A stretch of DNA of 64,000 nucleotides from positions 186,001 through 250,000 of the forward strand of contig CBFDEM010000008.1 in the NCBI GenBank assembly GCA_965603825.1, read 5' to 3'. The notes beneath the pieces are model-generated. The model saw only the letters and a list, made by a program, of their open reading frames with translations, had not been told where the DNA came from and ran no database searches. The position numbers and the translations under genes were made by a program. Every line of letters starts with the position of its first letter. The first letter of the stretch is position 1. Of this stretch, positions 39,500-53,753 are shown one piece after another. This DNA comes from Blepharisma stoltei ATCC 30299 (taxonomy: Eukaryota > Protista > Ciliophora).

Positions 39500-39980
39500 T
39501 ATGATGCTTGATTGTTTTCCACATCTAAAAGGGAATATCTATTAAAGCTAAAAGAAAATAATGGCTCTATGTCTTTATACAGGATAAATTCTAATAAAGT
39601 CACTAATAGTTCTTGGGCATCTTGCTGGCCCCCATGTATAAATACAGGAAATGCTGCATCAATTTCATATTTTTAACAATCTTACTTACGCATTTTGAGA
39701 CGTTTAAATAGCAGATGTTTCTAATAAAAGTTCTACTGAGGCTTCATAAATTTATCTTGCATAAGCCATGCAAAGATTTGCCTGGTCTTCATTGTGGACT
39801 TCAGGAAGAATACGTGAATTTCTTGGAATTTTCTGACAGCAAGCACGGATAAATGCAAATTGGCAGGGCTGTTTTCTTTTAAATAATCAGTATGCATAAA
39901 AGGCTTTAATCCTTAATAGAAATCTCATATGGTCGAAAATCATAATTGAAAAGTTTTCTTCCTTTTTCAACTGTCCCATG
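39500..39980 (-). pseudogene. USP relic (Cys box and QQD box fragments)
   Basis: Minus strand gives RNICYLN and YEIDAAFPVFIHGGQQDAQELLVTLLEFI in different frames with stops. Confidence 0.65.
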
Positions 39981-40336
39981 TTTTAAATAATAAGGATAAT
40001 CATCATGCAAAGAGAATCATAATTAATTATTTATTTTTAAGAATTAATTATTATTTGCATAGATATATTAATTTATTTTTATATCTTTCTTTATTAGCTC
40101 TTCTTCCTGAAAAGCCTAAAACATTATTTAAAAAATGGCATAAAAGAAAGCAAATTAACTCATATTTATTTCATATTACAGATAGAGAAAATCATAATAA
40201 AATATATAAATTGCTGACTAAAAGCTATTTCAAATATAACTAAATTGCATTATTATCCTAGATATTATAAATAATCTGTAAGAGCTCGCTATTTTTAATT
40301 TTAATAATATTTATAAAATAGCTATAGGATTTATGA

Positions 40337-42787
40337 TTAGTTTTTCTTATAAAATGCAAGGAAAAGTCTACCCCAATCAGGATCCTTTTTACTTACTTCA
40401 GAGTCATCATACTTCTCCCATTCATTTTCATCATTCTTAGTAAATGCTATGAAATGGTATCCATAATAACATATTACTCCAAAAATTTGGTAACTATTAT
40501 TTTCAAGATTCAGCATTTCTGGGATTTCTCCTAAAATCTGCCGATCAGATATATAAATTGTTAAAATTCTCGGCCATTCAATCCTTTCAGTTTTCATTAC
40601 TATATCCTTCAATTTTCCACATTCCTCACAGCTTAATTGATTTTTCCCTGAAAAACTCTTCTGCTCTTTAATATCATTTAAGAAAGCCTCTATATTATTT
40701 TGCCTATTTTTTGGTATTGCTATAAAATTTGTGCTGTCCTCACTTCATGATTTATGCTTAAAGCGAGAATTACAAGTGAATGATTGATTTTTTACAATAG
40801 TGAAAAGACTTTTATTCTCAACCTTATTTGAAATAATAATAAATAATTCCTTTGCATCATTTGCAGATCTTCCGCTGTACTAAATAAAATTTACCATTGA
40901 GTATTCTCTTGAAATTAATTGCTTAAAGTTTTCGATAAGTGGGATTGTTTTATTTTTTCCATAGTTAGCATTTATTGATAATATAACGGAATTTAAGCTC
41001 TGCAGTAAGTCATCGCCAGGAATGCTGTATAAATATTCAGCAAAATCAGCTGAGCTTGCTAATATTTGTATAACTGAATTCATATAACAAGTATTTCCTA
41101 TGTTTGGTAGGCCAGATTTGCTAAAACGCTGAGGTCTTAAGCTTTGAGTCTGTATGTGGGCGTTTAATAGTTGAGCTTCCCTTTCAGATCTCTCATTCTG
41201 AGCGTTTATATGATGGTTTTGTGGGAGTGTCCTTGTTTGGCTATAAAAATCTGGGTTGGATGTGATTTGAGGTTGATTTGATATAGCAAGAGTCTGACTG
41301 GGAATTCCAGATTTATATTTTTCTATTTCACTTTTAATACTTTTGATGTCTTCATTAACATAAAATTGCCAATTCTGTATATCCTTATTATAATTCTTTG
41401 ATTTCTCAATTTCACCAAAAAGACTATCTAGCTTTTCATCAGATTTATTTTTTATTTTCTCAATATCTTTTAATTCTGATTTTATTTTTTCAATAGAAAT
41501 TTGGTTTTCATTTTCAATACTTTTAATTTTTCTATTTAAATCCTCAAAAAATGAAGAATTTTCGGATAGACCTTCGCTATTGGCTTTGCAGTTTTTTTGC
41601 AACTCATTTAATTCAGCTTTAATACCCTGAAGTTGCATATCGGTATATTCTTTGCAGGTATCAATAACAGAATTAGCTTTAGCCGATTAGATTTCCAATT
41701 CATCTAATTTGGAAATTATTTCACTATTATTTGCATTTACCGCTGATTTCATATAGTCCAATATCCTATCACCTTTAAGTAATTCTTCTGTGCTGAGACT
41801 ATTATTTTGTTTTTCTTCATTATCCTTGAAGCATTTTTCCAATTCTTTCACTTTATTTAAAAGCATTTCTTCTCAGTAATTAAAATTGTTTTCTAGCTTG
41901 TTCTGCATATCTATAATTTCTCCCTCACTTTTTGCTTCTATATTATTGGCTATTGAACCTATTTTCTCTTGGAATTGCACCAATAATTTCTCTATTATTT
42001 CTTTGGATTTAGATTCCAAATCCTTTTCTATTTTTTTAGCTAGTTTTTCTTCTAAATAAGTGAAATAATTTTCAATAGTGGTTGAATTTGATATTATTTG
42101 ATTATAATTCTGTTTATTTTCTAATATTTTGGGATTAGTGTCAAGAATTTCATATTGATTACTGTAGTCGAAGTTTGACAAATTGCCTCCAAGAGAGTTG
42201 AGAGAAGGAGATAGTTCTCTTCCATAATCAGGGCTGTGCTCATAGCTAGGGTTTTGAACAGAAATTTGATCGTTAACCAGAGGGTTTAAGTCCTTTCTTA
42301 AATAAACTAAAATTGCTGGGAAAGATGCATTTGAATATTTTGATACTCTAGGCTTATTTCCAGTACAATCATACCAATCCTCGTTAACCTTGCACTTGAC
42401 TTGAGATATATCGATGTGCAAAATTAGCGAGTATTGACTAATTAAATCTGAATTTTTAATTTCAGCTTTTGTAAAAACAACCAGAACTTCTTTCGGTGGT
42501 TTTTTTAAGTAGTATTTTAAATCATTACTTTCTATTGTATTACTAATAAAATTCATACAATTTTTGTTTCTCAAACAAATTTTTTTAAATATTTCTAGAG
42601 TATTTTTACATTCCTGGCAACTTGTATTATCCAATTGATTATCATAAATCCCATTTTTAAATGCATTTGCTATAATTTCATGCAACTCTCTGTCCATTAA
42701 TAGGTCTTCTTGACCCAGATAAGCATGCATGTTGGCGTTAATGGTCGCTATCATCCAGCAGGCCTTCTTCAAATAAGAATTTCTCAT
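40337..42787 (-). CDS. USP-D: compact USP, intact triad; intron 40880-40894; active relative of USP-A/B
   Basis: Three ORFs join via TGA=Trp and a 15-nt intron. GLPNIGNTCYMNS, YYGYHFIAF, WEKYDD, LFLAFYKKN. Confidence 0.85.
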
Positions 42788-43486
42788 ATTTTTATTGCTT
42801 TCTACAAATTCAAGAAAGCCATGTTTATTTAAATCACTAAAAGCAGTTGCTAATGGTATTTAAGAGCAATAAAACAGAAATTGGGCTATCAGGAGATGGC
42901 ATAAAGTACTCAAAAGAAAATACAATAAATAAAAATAAATTTTGTTTAATAAGAGTCATGCTTTATCATCTTAAATTTTATAGATTAGTTAGCACAAATC
43001 TAGTAGATTTTTAGAATTATTCACAGAAAAAGTAGGTGAAAAATGCTTTTAATTCAAAAATAAGATTATTAAAAGAACTGAATAAAATATATTCTCCCCA
43101 TGTATTTTACCCAAAAAAAGTTTTACTCAAATATACGCATAATTATCAAAGAGTTAAATACATAAAATAGGATTAACCTAGTTGAAAAAGTGCATCAATA
43201 AATAATTTTCTATTAATTAATAGCTTAATTTATTTAAAAAGCAGATCATACAAATAATTAAAATATAAAGAGAATAGAATAGGAAGAATTTAAAAACTGA
43301 GTAATCAAACTTTATCTGTCCTAATTTATATCAAATTTATTAAAGCTCTAATTCTCTAGTTTAATATTCAGCTTTTAAAACCCCTGATTTCATTTATTTA
43401 TTATCCATTTTTAAACTATCAACAGCTCAATTCTACAATTTTGAACAGAAATTTTAGTATTTAATAATTATTAAATACCTACCTGG

Positions 43487-43730
43487 ACGATAATAATAGA
43501 AGATAAGGAAGGAAATGGACGCTTAGGTAAGTAGATAGCTTGTGAACTTATGATCGACTTCATGGAGAGCTTTTACAAATGTTTGAACGTCCAAATTCAA
43601 CACCGACTGTAATTTTTAATAATAAGTATTTAAATTTAGATCAGGTGGACATAGTTTGCAAGAGCTGGTCTTTGGAAAAAAACCTTACAATTAAATTTCT
43701 TGAGAAGATGAAAGGATTAAAATTAAGCTA
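43487..43730 (+). pseudogene. Decayed copy of the ubiquitin-like gene at 57604-57852
   Basis: Frameshifted pieces TIIIEDKEGNGR / VDSL[W]TYDRLHGELLQMF / VIFNNKYL / SLQELVF / TIKFLEKMKG align to TIRVEDMNGQQR / VNSSWTYAQLHNQFAQMF / VIFGNKYL / TLEQLRF / VIRVLQQMKGG. Confidence 0.75.
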
Positions 43731-44441
43731 ATTTGTTTTAAAATTATGAGTTTTAATATAAAATTAAAGCATTTCGAAAATATGGCCTATCATTGAATTT
43801 TCATTAAATATTGGGGTTTGAAAGCAAATAAGAAAGTTAATATGCGTTCTCAAGTCGATTAACAGAATAATTAATTATTTAAAAATGAATAGATTCACCA
43901 CTTCAATTATTGGCAAAAATGCCGAAATTTAATCTCTCTAGATTTTTATAATATCCTAGATTCGAATTTGCTATGTAGACTTTCCTTGATCTAGCATATG
44001 ACTAATAAAATCATATGGGAGTAATTTTCAATTAGTCTGAAGAAAAACTCTATCTCTTGAAGTTTCTTGCCACTGGGCTTTGTGCATATATTTTCTCCTA
44101 ATTAATTATATTAAAAGCATCAAGCCCAGCTTCTGAAAATTGAATCCGCAGGAGTGCAGGGAATATAAGTAAAGCTGCTATAAGATCATATTAATATATG
44201 GATAATTAGATTTTTTGCATATAAATTTCAGCAAAATTAAACTTTCTCAAATATATATCTTGCATAAATCAACCTTTAGTTCGCGAAATCAAACTTTATA
44301 CCTAATTTTACAACTGAAAAGTCCGTAATTTGCTCACCAACATTTGTAGGCACAGCAGAGAAATGGCTTTAAACAAACCTTTAGTATTTATAGATTAAAT
44401 AAAGCACAATTAAGTGAAAAATGTATGCAACTGAAAGATAA

Positions 44442-45431
44442 TTATATAGAATTACCTAATTTTGAATAAAAAAGCATATAAGCATGATCATAGTCAGGAA
44501 GATCTTCTGTCACAAAAGCGTCGTTAAACTGATACCATTTTTCATCCTCACAAGTATAAGCAATATAGTGGCTGCATTGCTCAGCTTTATAATAGCATAT
44601 TACAGCATATAATTTATAGTCACTTTCCTGGAAATTTATTTCTGTCTCAGGCTTTCTATTCTTACTCGATGTATCAGTTACATAAAATACCAAAATTTTT
44701 GGCATTTCGAAAGAATCTACCTTGACTGTAAAGCTGTTTATTTCCTGGCAAACTTCACATTGTAAATTTAATTGATCTTCCTTGCTTTTTATGTTTTCTA
44801 AACATCTTTTTGCATTTAATTTATTGTTTGGAGGCATAATAAAAAATAATGATTTATCTGGTATTATATTTTTATGGCCTTTCTGGCATGTAAAAGTTTG
44901 GTTTTTTGTGATCTGGAATCTTTTTTCCTCATGACTGAATTCTTGTATATATTTATCTATTAAAATATTATAAAGCTCTTTACAGTCATTCTGTGCATAA
45001 AGTTCATACTAAATATTGTTTACCATAGGAAATTCTTTATTAAATGTATTTAAAAATTGTATAATTCTTGGTTTAAAACTGCTTGATGAGGTACGGGTAA
45101 ACATAAGATCAAAAATTTTTGATAAATTTATGAATAAAATGGCTTTAGATTTTGATATGAAATCTACAAAACTTGGAGTGCTCGAAAGAACTTGGATCAC
45201 AGAATTTAAATAGCAGGTATTTCCATAGTTAGGAATTCCGCTCTTCCTAGAGGATTGATTTACAAAAGCCCATTTTTCTAGTTCTTGATAATCTCTAGAG
45301 CCCATTAGCTTTTTGTTTTGCTTATTTTTACGCTTTTCCCATCATGCTGCTAGTTTTGGTCTCAAAATAAAAGCGCATATTCCAACTATAGTAGAGCCTA
45401 TAGCAAAATACTTAAAATAACTATAGCTCAT
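44442..45431 (-). CDS. USP-E: minimal USP with N-terminal membrane anchor, intact triad; intron 45009-45023
   Basis: MSYSYFKYFAIGSTIVGICAFILRPKLAA[W]WEKRKNK; GIPNYGNTCYLNS; YAQNDCKELY; SHYIAY; WYQFND. Confidence 0.85.
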
Positions 45432-46396
45432 TTATTTTTTATAGAATTTTAGCTCAAATTAAATATTAAATATAAACTCAAGAAGCAGACATATTTTCGC
45501 TTTAGGATTTTTAGAGTCCAAATTTAATAAATTAACTCAGATTTTTTATATTATATTATAATATTCAACATATTAATATATAAAAGAAATTATTAATTCA
45601 AATTATGAGAAATTAGATTTACTTGATGAGATAAATGATTATGACATCAGAAATTCCAGCACTAAGAGAAGCTGCAGTAGCAAGCAACTCAATATTATAT
45701 TTTAATTGCATGTGCATTTATATAATAAAAAAACTTTAAGATGAGACTTGTTTCGGAAGCCTCTAAAGAGCTATTTATTATCGCCATAAATTTATTTATG
45801 GAAAATTACCAAAATGATATGTTTATAATAAGCAAAAAGCAAGCAAAAAGCAAGCAATAATTTGTGAAAATGGAAACAGGGTATAATTATCTGAATCTAT
45901 CTTATTTTTAACTATTCAAGATAATAAAATATATAGAATGGCTAAATCAGCGTGTGGAAATAATAATTGCATTGGGAAAATGGGACATTATCAGATTCAA
46001 AGATAGAGTATCTTGCGTGTTTTTTCCTCTATATACTTCAAGGTAAATTTTGCCTAAAAGGTGATAAAACCAGCTAATGATTGATAATTCTGTAAATATT
46101 GTCATAATTAGTCCATTACTTAAATCTATTTTTATTATGATATAGATATAATCGAAATATAGACATTCAAATAATAAATATTTGTTAAAGATTCGCTTTA
46201 ATGCATATGTGGAATATTTTTTTATTATTTTGATATTTAATCTAAGTTCTATATTCTTTATTATAGATATTAAACCTTAAATGCAAGAAGCTAATTTTAT
46301 TCACAATCTGATAAGCTATGATTAGATAAAATCTTATGCTTTCAGATCCCAGGCATTGAATAATTAAAATGTCTAATATAATTCTATAAATTTATT

Positions 46397-48442
46397 ATGT
46401 CAGAAGATCTTAAAAAAGCAGCTTATATTCTTGCAACACTTAGTCAACATATAGAATTTCCTTTCAAAAATCAATGATTAAGCAAAATTTTTCAAAATGC
46501 ATTTACCTCAGGCATTGATGATGAAAGCCTTAGAGTACTTAAAACATGAATAAAATCAAAATGAAGTGGCACATTCCCTTATGTAAAAGAAATTATTAAG
46601 TACCAGGAATGAGAAGATATTTTTGCTTGGCCGAACGAATTGCTGCAACCATTTCAAGTAGCTGACATACCTAAAAAAATTGAAAAAGTTGGATTTTTTT
46701 TGTGCTGCACTAATAATAATTACATAGAGGAAATAGAAGGCTATATTTTAGTTGTAAAACTTTTTCTACCTGAAGGGATTTTAAAATGTAAATACGGAGA
46801 AGAATGAAAGGATTGCTCATCTCAGGAAACTGGCATAAACGATAAGCCTAAAATTTCTAATGCAATTTTTGGCTTTGTCAAAAACTGAGAAGAGCCTCCC
46901 AAAAATGAAATAGAAAAGGCTGAAGATCAAGGAACAAGAACAGAAAAAATTAAAGATAACCCTCAATACGTTATAGAAAACGATACTAAAAATATAAATG
47001 CTGACCAAATAAATGAAAAATTCAAACAAATAGAAGAAGAATTATCTAAATGCAAACAAATCAATGAATGTCTTAAAGCTGAGCTAACAGACGTAAAAAT
47101 AGAAAATAAAAAAGCATCCAATGATATAAGTGAAGTAAAAGCAATGATAGAGAACATGAGAAGTTCTTTAAATGAAAAAATAGATGAGACTAGCATAGAT
47201 ATAAAAAAAAGTTTAAATTATTTAAAAGAAGGACTAGATAAAGGTCAATTATTTATGGAAAATGTCCTTGAAAATTGCCAAAGTAATTTAAATCAACTTA
47301 AGTCTTACAAAAACCTCTCCACTAGCTCAAAAAGTGTACCATTAAAGAAAAATCAGGATTTTTCTTTTCCTTTTAATGCTGTTTCTGATTATTTTCAATG
47401 CATCAATAAAACTGCTCAAGATTGCATTCAAAAATACAATGAACTGGAAATTAAATACAATTCATTAATAGATATAAGCAATAATATGATGATTGAGACT
47501 AATAAGATGCACTCAGCATTAGAGGCGAAAATTAATGAAATTGAAGAAAAGACCCAAAAAATTTCAATACCAAATGGAAATGAATTAATTTCAAGCACGA
47601 AAAATGCTCTTGACTCAAAAACTATAAATAAAGACAATCCAAAGAGGAAAAAAAGGGGGCTAGCCAACATAGGAAACAGTTGCTATATGAATTCAGTTTT
47701 ACAGATCTTTGCAAGTATTCCAAGTTTCATCGAAAATATAAAAAACATTGAAAATGACTTATTTTATTGTTTAGGTGGCATAATATCGTCGATAACAGAT
47801 CCCTATTCTATAAAAACAGACGAAAAATTAAGAAAACTAAGAAACTTGCTGGCTAAAAAATATCCTATGGTAATTTATATTTAGTTTGGTGGAAATACAG
47901 AAAATGATAGCAAAGAATTATATGTTATCATAATAAATTTATTTATGGAACTTTGCCAAAGTGAAATGTTTTTAATTAACAAAAACCAAGCGATAATTTT
48001 TGAAAGTAACCACAGGTTAAAATTGCCTGAACATCAGCTATTTTTAACTATACCTGATAATGAATTGTCAATTGAAGAATGGCTTAATCAGCTTAAAAAT
48101 GAAAATAAATTATTTAGTGGAGATAATAATCTATTCTGTGAAACTTGTGGGCAGAGATCTGATTCAGAGATGGTGACAGAAAGCATTGAGCCTCATGAAA
48201 TTTTAGCATTTTATAATGCTAAAAGTAAAAACCCGATTGAAAATATTCCTGATGTTGTATCCTTAGGGAAAAATCATTATGAAATATTTGGAATAATTTG
48301 GTACAATAGAAGCCACTACATAGCTTATACAAGAGAAGAGGGAATTTGAAATGAGTATAATGATAACTATGTCACAACAGATAAGCATCCAAATCCAAAA
48401 AATATCTATATGCTTTTTTATAAAAAAGTTATAATTAATTAG
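46397..48442 (+). CDS. USP-F: compact USP, intact triad; intron 47870-47884
   Basis: Open from ATG 46397 with TGA=Trp. GLANIGNSCYMNS, SHYIAY, [W]NEYND, YMLFYKK. Confidence 0.82.
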
Positions 48443-49309
48443 TTTTTATCAAATTTTGAGTTTAGTTGTTTAATTTTAAATTTAATTTGCTTCCTTGCAT
48501 GTGTAGACAGCTGAAGTAATTACAGCTAACTCTTTCTGCTTCCGAACACTTTTATAGCGTACCCATCTAATCCAGTTGCTATGTTCTTTAACAGACTGAC
48601 TCTTTAGTCTCTAGAATTTCAATTTTGGCCGAAATATATTTTTAGCAGAAACAATAAAAGGAGCAGGGATTTCTTCTTATTGTCAAAGCTCTGTATTTAA
48701 GTCAAATCAAGCTTAGCCTTTCATTTCCTAGCTATAAAGTAATTTTATTATAATTAAATACAATTCCAACTTTATCTTGTAAATTTTTATCGATATCTAT
48801 ATAAAATATTTATTTTGATAAATATTGAACTTTTAAATAATATAAATCGAAACGATGTTATTTAAAATACAAGAGAGAATGCTTATTGAGATTTTAATAA
48901 ATAAATCTCGTTTGCTCATCTATAATTTCTAGTTATAACTGTGAAGCAAGCTTAAAAGTTGATTTTATTTCTATAATTAAAATAAAAAATCATAAAAAGC
49001 TATTTTTGGAATAATCTTTTTAACTCATTGTTAAGATCTTTCTTAAACAAAATCTATACCCCAAAATCAAAAATTGCCATAATTGCACCAACTTACAATT
49101 ATTATGTAAACTAATTTGATATAAAAGCAATCCTATGCCAAAATTTTTAAATAAATTTTATCATCTGAGATGAATTATGCATAGCATTGCTCTAGAAGTT
49201 GAAAATCAGCATTCTGATAATTTTTTCTAATGATTTAATATTAAAGCTAAATTCTTTATTCTTTGATATAGATATTATAAAATGTCTAATATAATTCTAT
49301 AAATTTATT

Positions 49310-51315
49310 ATGTCAGAAGAGCTTATAAATACAGTTTATATTCTTGCAACAATCAGTCAGCATATAGAATTTCCTTTCCGAAATTCATGATTAAGCAAAA
49401 TTTTTCAAAATGCTTTTACCTCAGGCATTGATAAAGAAAGCCTTAGAGAACTTGGATATTTAACAGGAAGAAGCTTAAGCGGCACCTTCCATTATGTAAG
49501 AGAAATTATTAGATTTCAGAAATGTGAAGATATTTTTGCTTGGCCAAACAAATTGTTGCATCCATTTCAAGTGTCTGACATACCTAAAAATATTGAAAAA
49601 GCTGCATTTTTTATTACTTGCACTAATAAGGATTATATAGAGGAAATAGAAGGCTACATTTTAGTTGTAAAACTTTTTCAACCTGAAGGAATTTTAGAAT
49701 GTAAACACGGAGAAGAATGGAAGAGTTGCTCATCCCAGAAAATGGGTAATTATAAGCCTAAAAACTTTTCTGTGATTTTGGGCTTTGTAAAAAATTGAGA
49801 AGATATCAAAATTGAAGAAAAGACAGTAGAAGAAAATAAAGATAATGAGGCAAAAACAAAAAATGTTGAAAAAAGCCCACAAGATTTTGAAGAAAATACT
49901 ACTAAAAATATAAATGCGGACCAAATAAATGAAAAACTCAGACAAATGGAAGAAGAATTATCTAAATCTAAACTAAGCAATGAATGTCTCCAAGCCGAGC
50001 TAATGAGAGAAAAATTAAAAAATAAAAATACAAGCAGCAACATGCATCGGGTAAAAGTAATGATTGAAAATATGAGCAAAAAAATTTATAATACTAGGAT
50101 AGATTTAGAAAAAAAATTAATATATTTAAAAGAAAGAGCAGAAGAAAGCCAATTATGTATCAAAAATATCCTAGATAATTGCCAAAGTAAATTTAATCAG
50201 CTTCAATCTTTCGTAGATGACTCCGCTGGCTCAAAAAATGAGCTAGACAATAAAAAACCCGATTTTTCTATAGCTTTTAATGCTATTTCTGATTATTTTC
50301 AATGCAGCAATAAAACTGCTCAAGATTGTCTTCAAAAATTTAAAGAGTTGGGAAATGAATGCTATTCATTAAAAGAGAAGTGCAATGAGATAATAAATGA
50401 GATTGATAGCAAACCCTCATCATTAATAGCAAAAAATAATGAAAGAGAAGAAAAAACCAAAAAAATATTCAGAAGTGAGAATTCTTCTGTATCAAGATTT
50501 TCACATTTCCCGGCTCTCAAAAGGAAAAAATATGGATTGGTCAATATAGGAAATAGTTGCCATCTGAATTCAGTTTTGCAGATTTTTGCAAGTATTCCAA
50601 ATTTTATAGAAAAAATAAGAAACATTGAGAATAACTTATTTTATTCCTTAGGTGAAGTACTATCGTCGATAACAGATCCCTATCCTTTTTTAAATCTGGA
50701 AAATTAAGAAAACTAAGAGACTTGCTTGCTAGAGAAGATCCTATGGTAAATTATATTTAGTTTGGCGGAAGCACTTATAATGACTGCAAAAAATTATATG
50801 TTATTATCGTAAATTTATTTATGGAACTTACCAAAAATAGCATGTTTTTAATAAACAAAAATGAAGCTGTAGTTTGTGAAAATAACCACAGGAAAGAATT
50901 ATCTGAGCCTCAAGTGTTTTTAACTATACCTGATAATGAATTAGGCATCAAAGATTGATTAAATCAGCTCGAAAATGACCAAAAATTATATAAAGGAGAT
51001 GATAATTTATTTTGTGAAGATTGTGGGCATAGATCTGATTCAGATATCGTGACAAAAAGCATTAAAGCTCACGAAATTTTAGCTTTATGTAATGCCAAAA
51101 GTAAAAACTCGATTGGAAATATTCCTAATCGTGTTTCCTTAGGCCAAAGTCAGTATGAAATATTTGGAATAATTTCATACAGCGAAAAACACTACATAGC
51201 TTATACAAGAGAAGAGGGAATTTGAAATGAGTATAATGATCAGGAAGTCAGAGAAAACAAGTCTCCAAACCCCAAAACTAGCTATATGCTGTTTTATAGA
51301 AAAACTTACCATTAA
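49310..51315 (+). CDS. USP-G: tandem paralog of USP-F; frameshift near 50695; intron 50746-50760
   Basis: MSEELINTVYIL vs MSEDLKKAAYIL; GLVNIGNSCHLNS, KHYIAY, [W]NEYND; TAA 51313-51315. Confidence 0.7.
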
Positions 51316-51632
51316 TTAGCTTTTTATTTATCAATTTTTTGGAATAAATTATCATTATTTAATTTAAATTATTATTTAGTGTAAGCAAAATTGATAGTAA
51401 ATAATTTTTTATCGTCAAAATCAATAATTATTATGATTTACAATTCACTGTAAAAAGTCATTTTTGAAGAATCCTAACAGCTAAACTTTTTAATTTTGGC
51501 TACTTGCAGAAATTGTGTATCCTCACAGGTCTTCCTGGCCTGGCTCATTAAAGATTCATTAGAATCTTATAGCTAAAATAGTCTAAAAATGTTTTTACAT
51601 GCATTTTTTATAGAATCAAAAATATAAATAAA

Positions 51633-53631
51633 ATGTCAGACGCTGCCTTATGAAATTTAAAAGCTACTCTATTAATAGTGAGCTCTTTGACAAGATATGT
51701 AGACCTTAGGTTTCCTTATTTATTATGGCCATTTGTAGATCAAGTCTTAAATAATTTAGAGGAAGGTCTTGAACAATATAAAAATTTCTTAAATCCTTTA
51801 TCCAGGAATCTTGAAGAAATTTTAGCTTGAAACAGATGAGCCATCTCTTGCAAAAATATAGATTTATTAAATTTAAAGATACAAGAGAGACTTCCTTGTG
51901 GAGAGATATTAATAATAAAAAGTTATTCTCAAAATGTTTCAGCTGTAGTCAAAGAAGCTCAATATACGTATTTTCTTGTATCTGCTCTTTCATGCAATGG
52001 CAACATTGTATATATTTGAAAAGATGGAGCTTGGAAACGAGAAAGCTCTGACTCTTCTTATTCTAATAGTTTTTATGAGCTTTACTATTTTTACTATTGC
52101 AAAATTACTCCAAAATCTATTTCTAAATTATTGCGATTGGACGATGTTTGCAATACAAATGATAACTTATTTCAAGTAATGATAAAAATATGAAATTTTA
52201 CTAAAGAAAGCAAAAATATATTTGATTTTGATGAAGAAATAGAGGCTAGAATGAAATATAGCGGAATAATCGAAAAAATTAATAAAGAAAAAGAGGATGC
52301 TCAAGCAGAAATAGCAAGATTAGAATCAAATAACAAAAATTTAGAATCAGATATTAAAAAATATAAAGAATATATAGAGGAATATATAGAGGAATATCAA
52401 AGAAATGAAAACAATTTAAAAAATTTGAATTACTCTTGGGAAGAAAAGTGCAAATCGCTTGATAATGAGCATCAAAAGCTCACGAAAATGACTAAAGAAA
52501 AAGAAGAGAGCAGCAATGAAGCTATCAAGCTACTTAATCAAAAAATTATTGATTTGCAAAATGAAAAAAATATTTTAGAAGCTGAAAATTTTTATCTTAA
52601 AAATTCTCTTTCAGAAAAAGAAAATCTCCTACAAAAAGCATCAGATGAGCACCACAAAATCTCTGAAAAATATAATATTTTGCAAGAAAAATGCAAAAAT
52701 CTTAAAGAAAAACTAAATAAAGCCAATTATTCACAAATACTCTACAACCCAGAAAATGAAATTGTTCAATTACCTCCAAACACAAAGCACGGGCTGCCTA
52801 ACCTTGGAAATACCTGCTATTTAAATTCTCTTCTGCAGATTTTTGCAAGTACTCCTCTTTTTGTAAGTAAAATTGCCTCTATTGATTCTCCTTTTTGTAA
52901 TTCTTTGTCATCTCTTTTATCTAATATGCATATTGAAAACAGCTCTAAGACAATCAGCAATTTAACTAGAAATTTCTCAAAAACATCTAATGGAGGCTTA
53001 TTCAAATGTAAAAATTATTTAGATTAAGGAGTACACTCAGCAAGATGTGAAAGAAGTGTTTAACATGATTTTAAGCAAAATTGAAGAGGAAGGGGGAAGC
53101 TTTAATATTTTTTCAATTGTTTTTCATCAGGTTTTCAGCTGCTTGAATCTGCATAAGTCAACTTATGATGATACCCAAACGTTTTTGATCATTCCTCCTC
53201 AGCATAAAAATGCACAAGACAATTATCTTAGAAATCAAAGCTACTATTATAGATCAACACAGTCATTATTTTGTAATGACTGCAATAGAAAAATTGATAT
53301 GAGCATAGAGCTGAAAGGTGTCGATTGGCCAGAATATCTGGTGCTTTATTTCCCAACACCTCCAAATAATATTGTAGAATCCCTCTGAATTAATAATGAG
53401 AATAGCTATGAAATTTATGGAGTTATTTGTTATTATCAAAATGAAGGAAGTTTTCATTATACAGCGTTTACAAAAGACGGAAATATATGGAATGAGTATA
53501 ATGATAAATATGTTGGGACAAAAGCAATAGACCCTCATTTTGTAAATTTGGCATTTTATTCCAAAAAAGTAGTGCTGAGCCAAAATATGATAGCTGAAAA
53601 GCCCTATCAGTCGCATTTTTATAATTCTTAA
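51633..53631 (+). CDS. USP-H: compact USP; frameshift near 52978; intron 53008-53022
   Basis: Open from ATG 51633 with TGA=Trp. GLPNLGNTCYLNS, YTQQDVKEVF, SFHYTAF, WNEYND. Confidence 0.72.
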
Positions 53632-53753
53632 AATAAATATTCGCTATAAGGATTATTATAATTTATTCAATCTAAACTTCAATATTTTAATTAATGCTAA
53701 AACACTTTTAATTTATTAAATTGTTATTTGTAGAATCCTAATAATATACCAAA

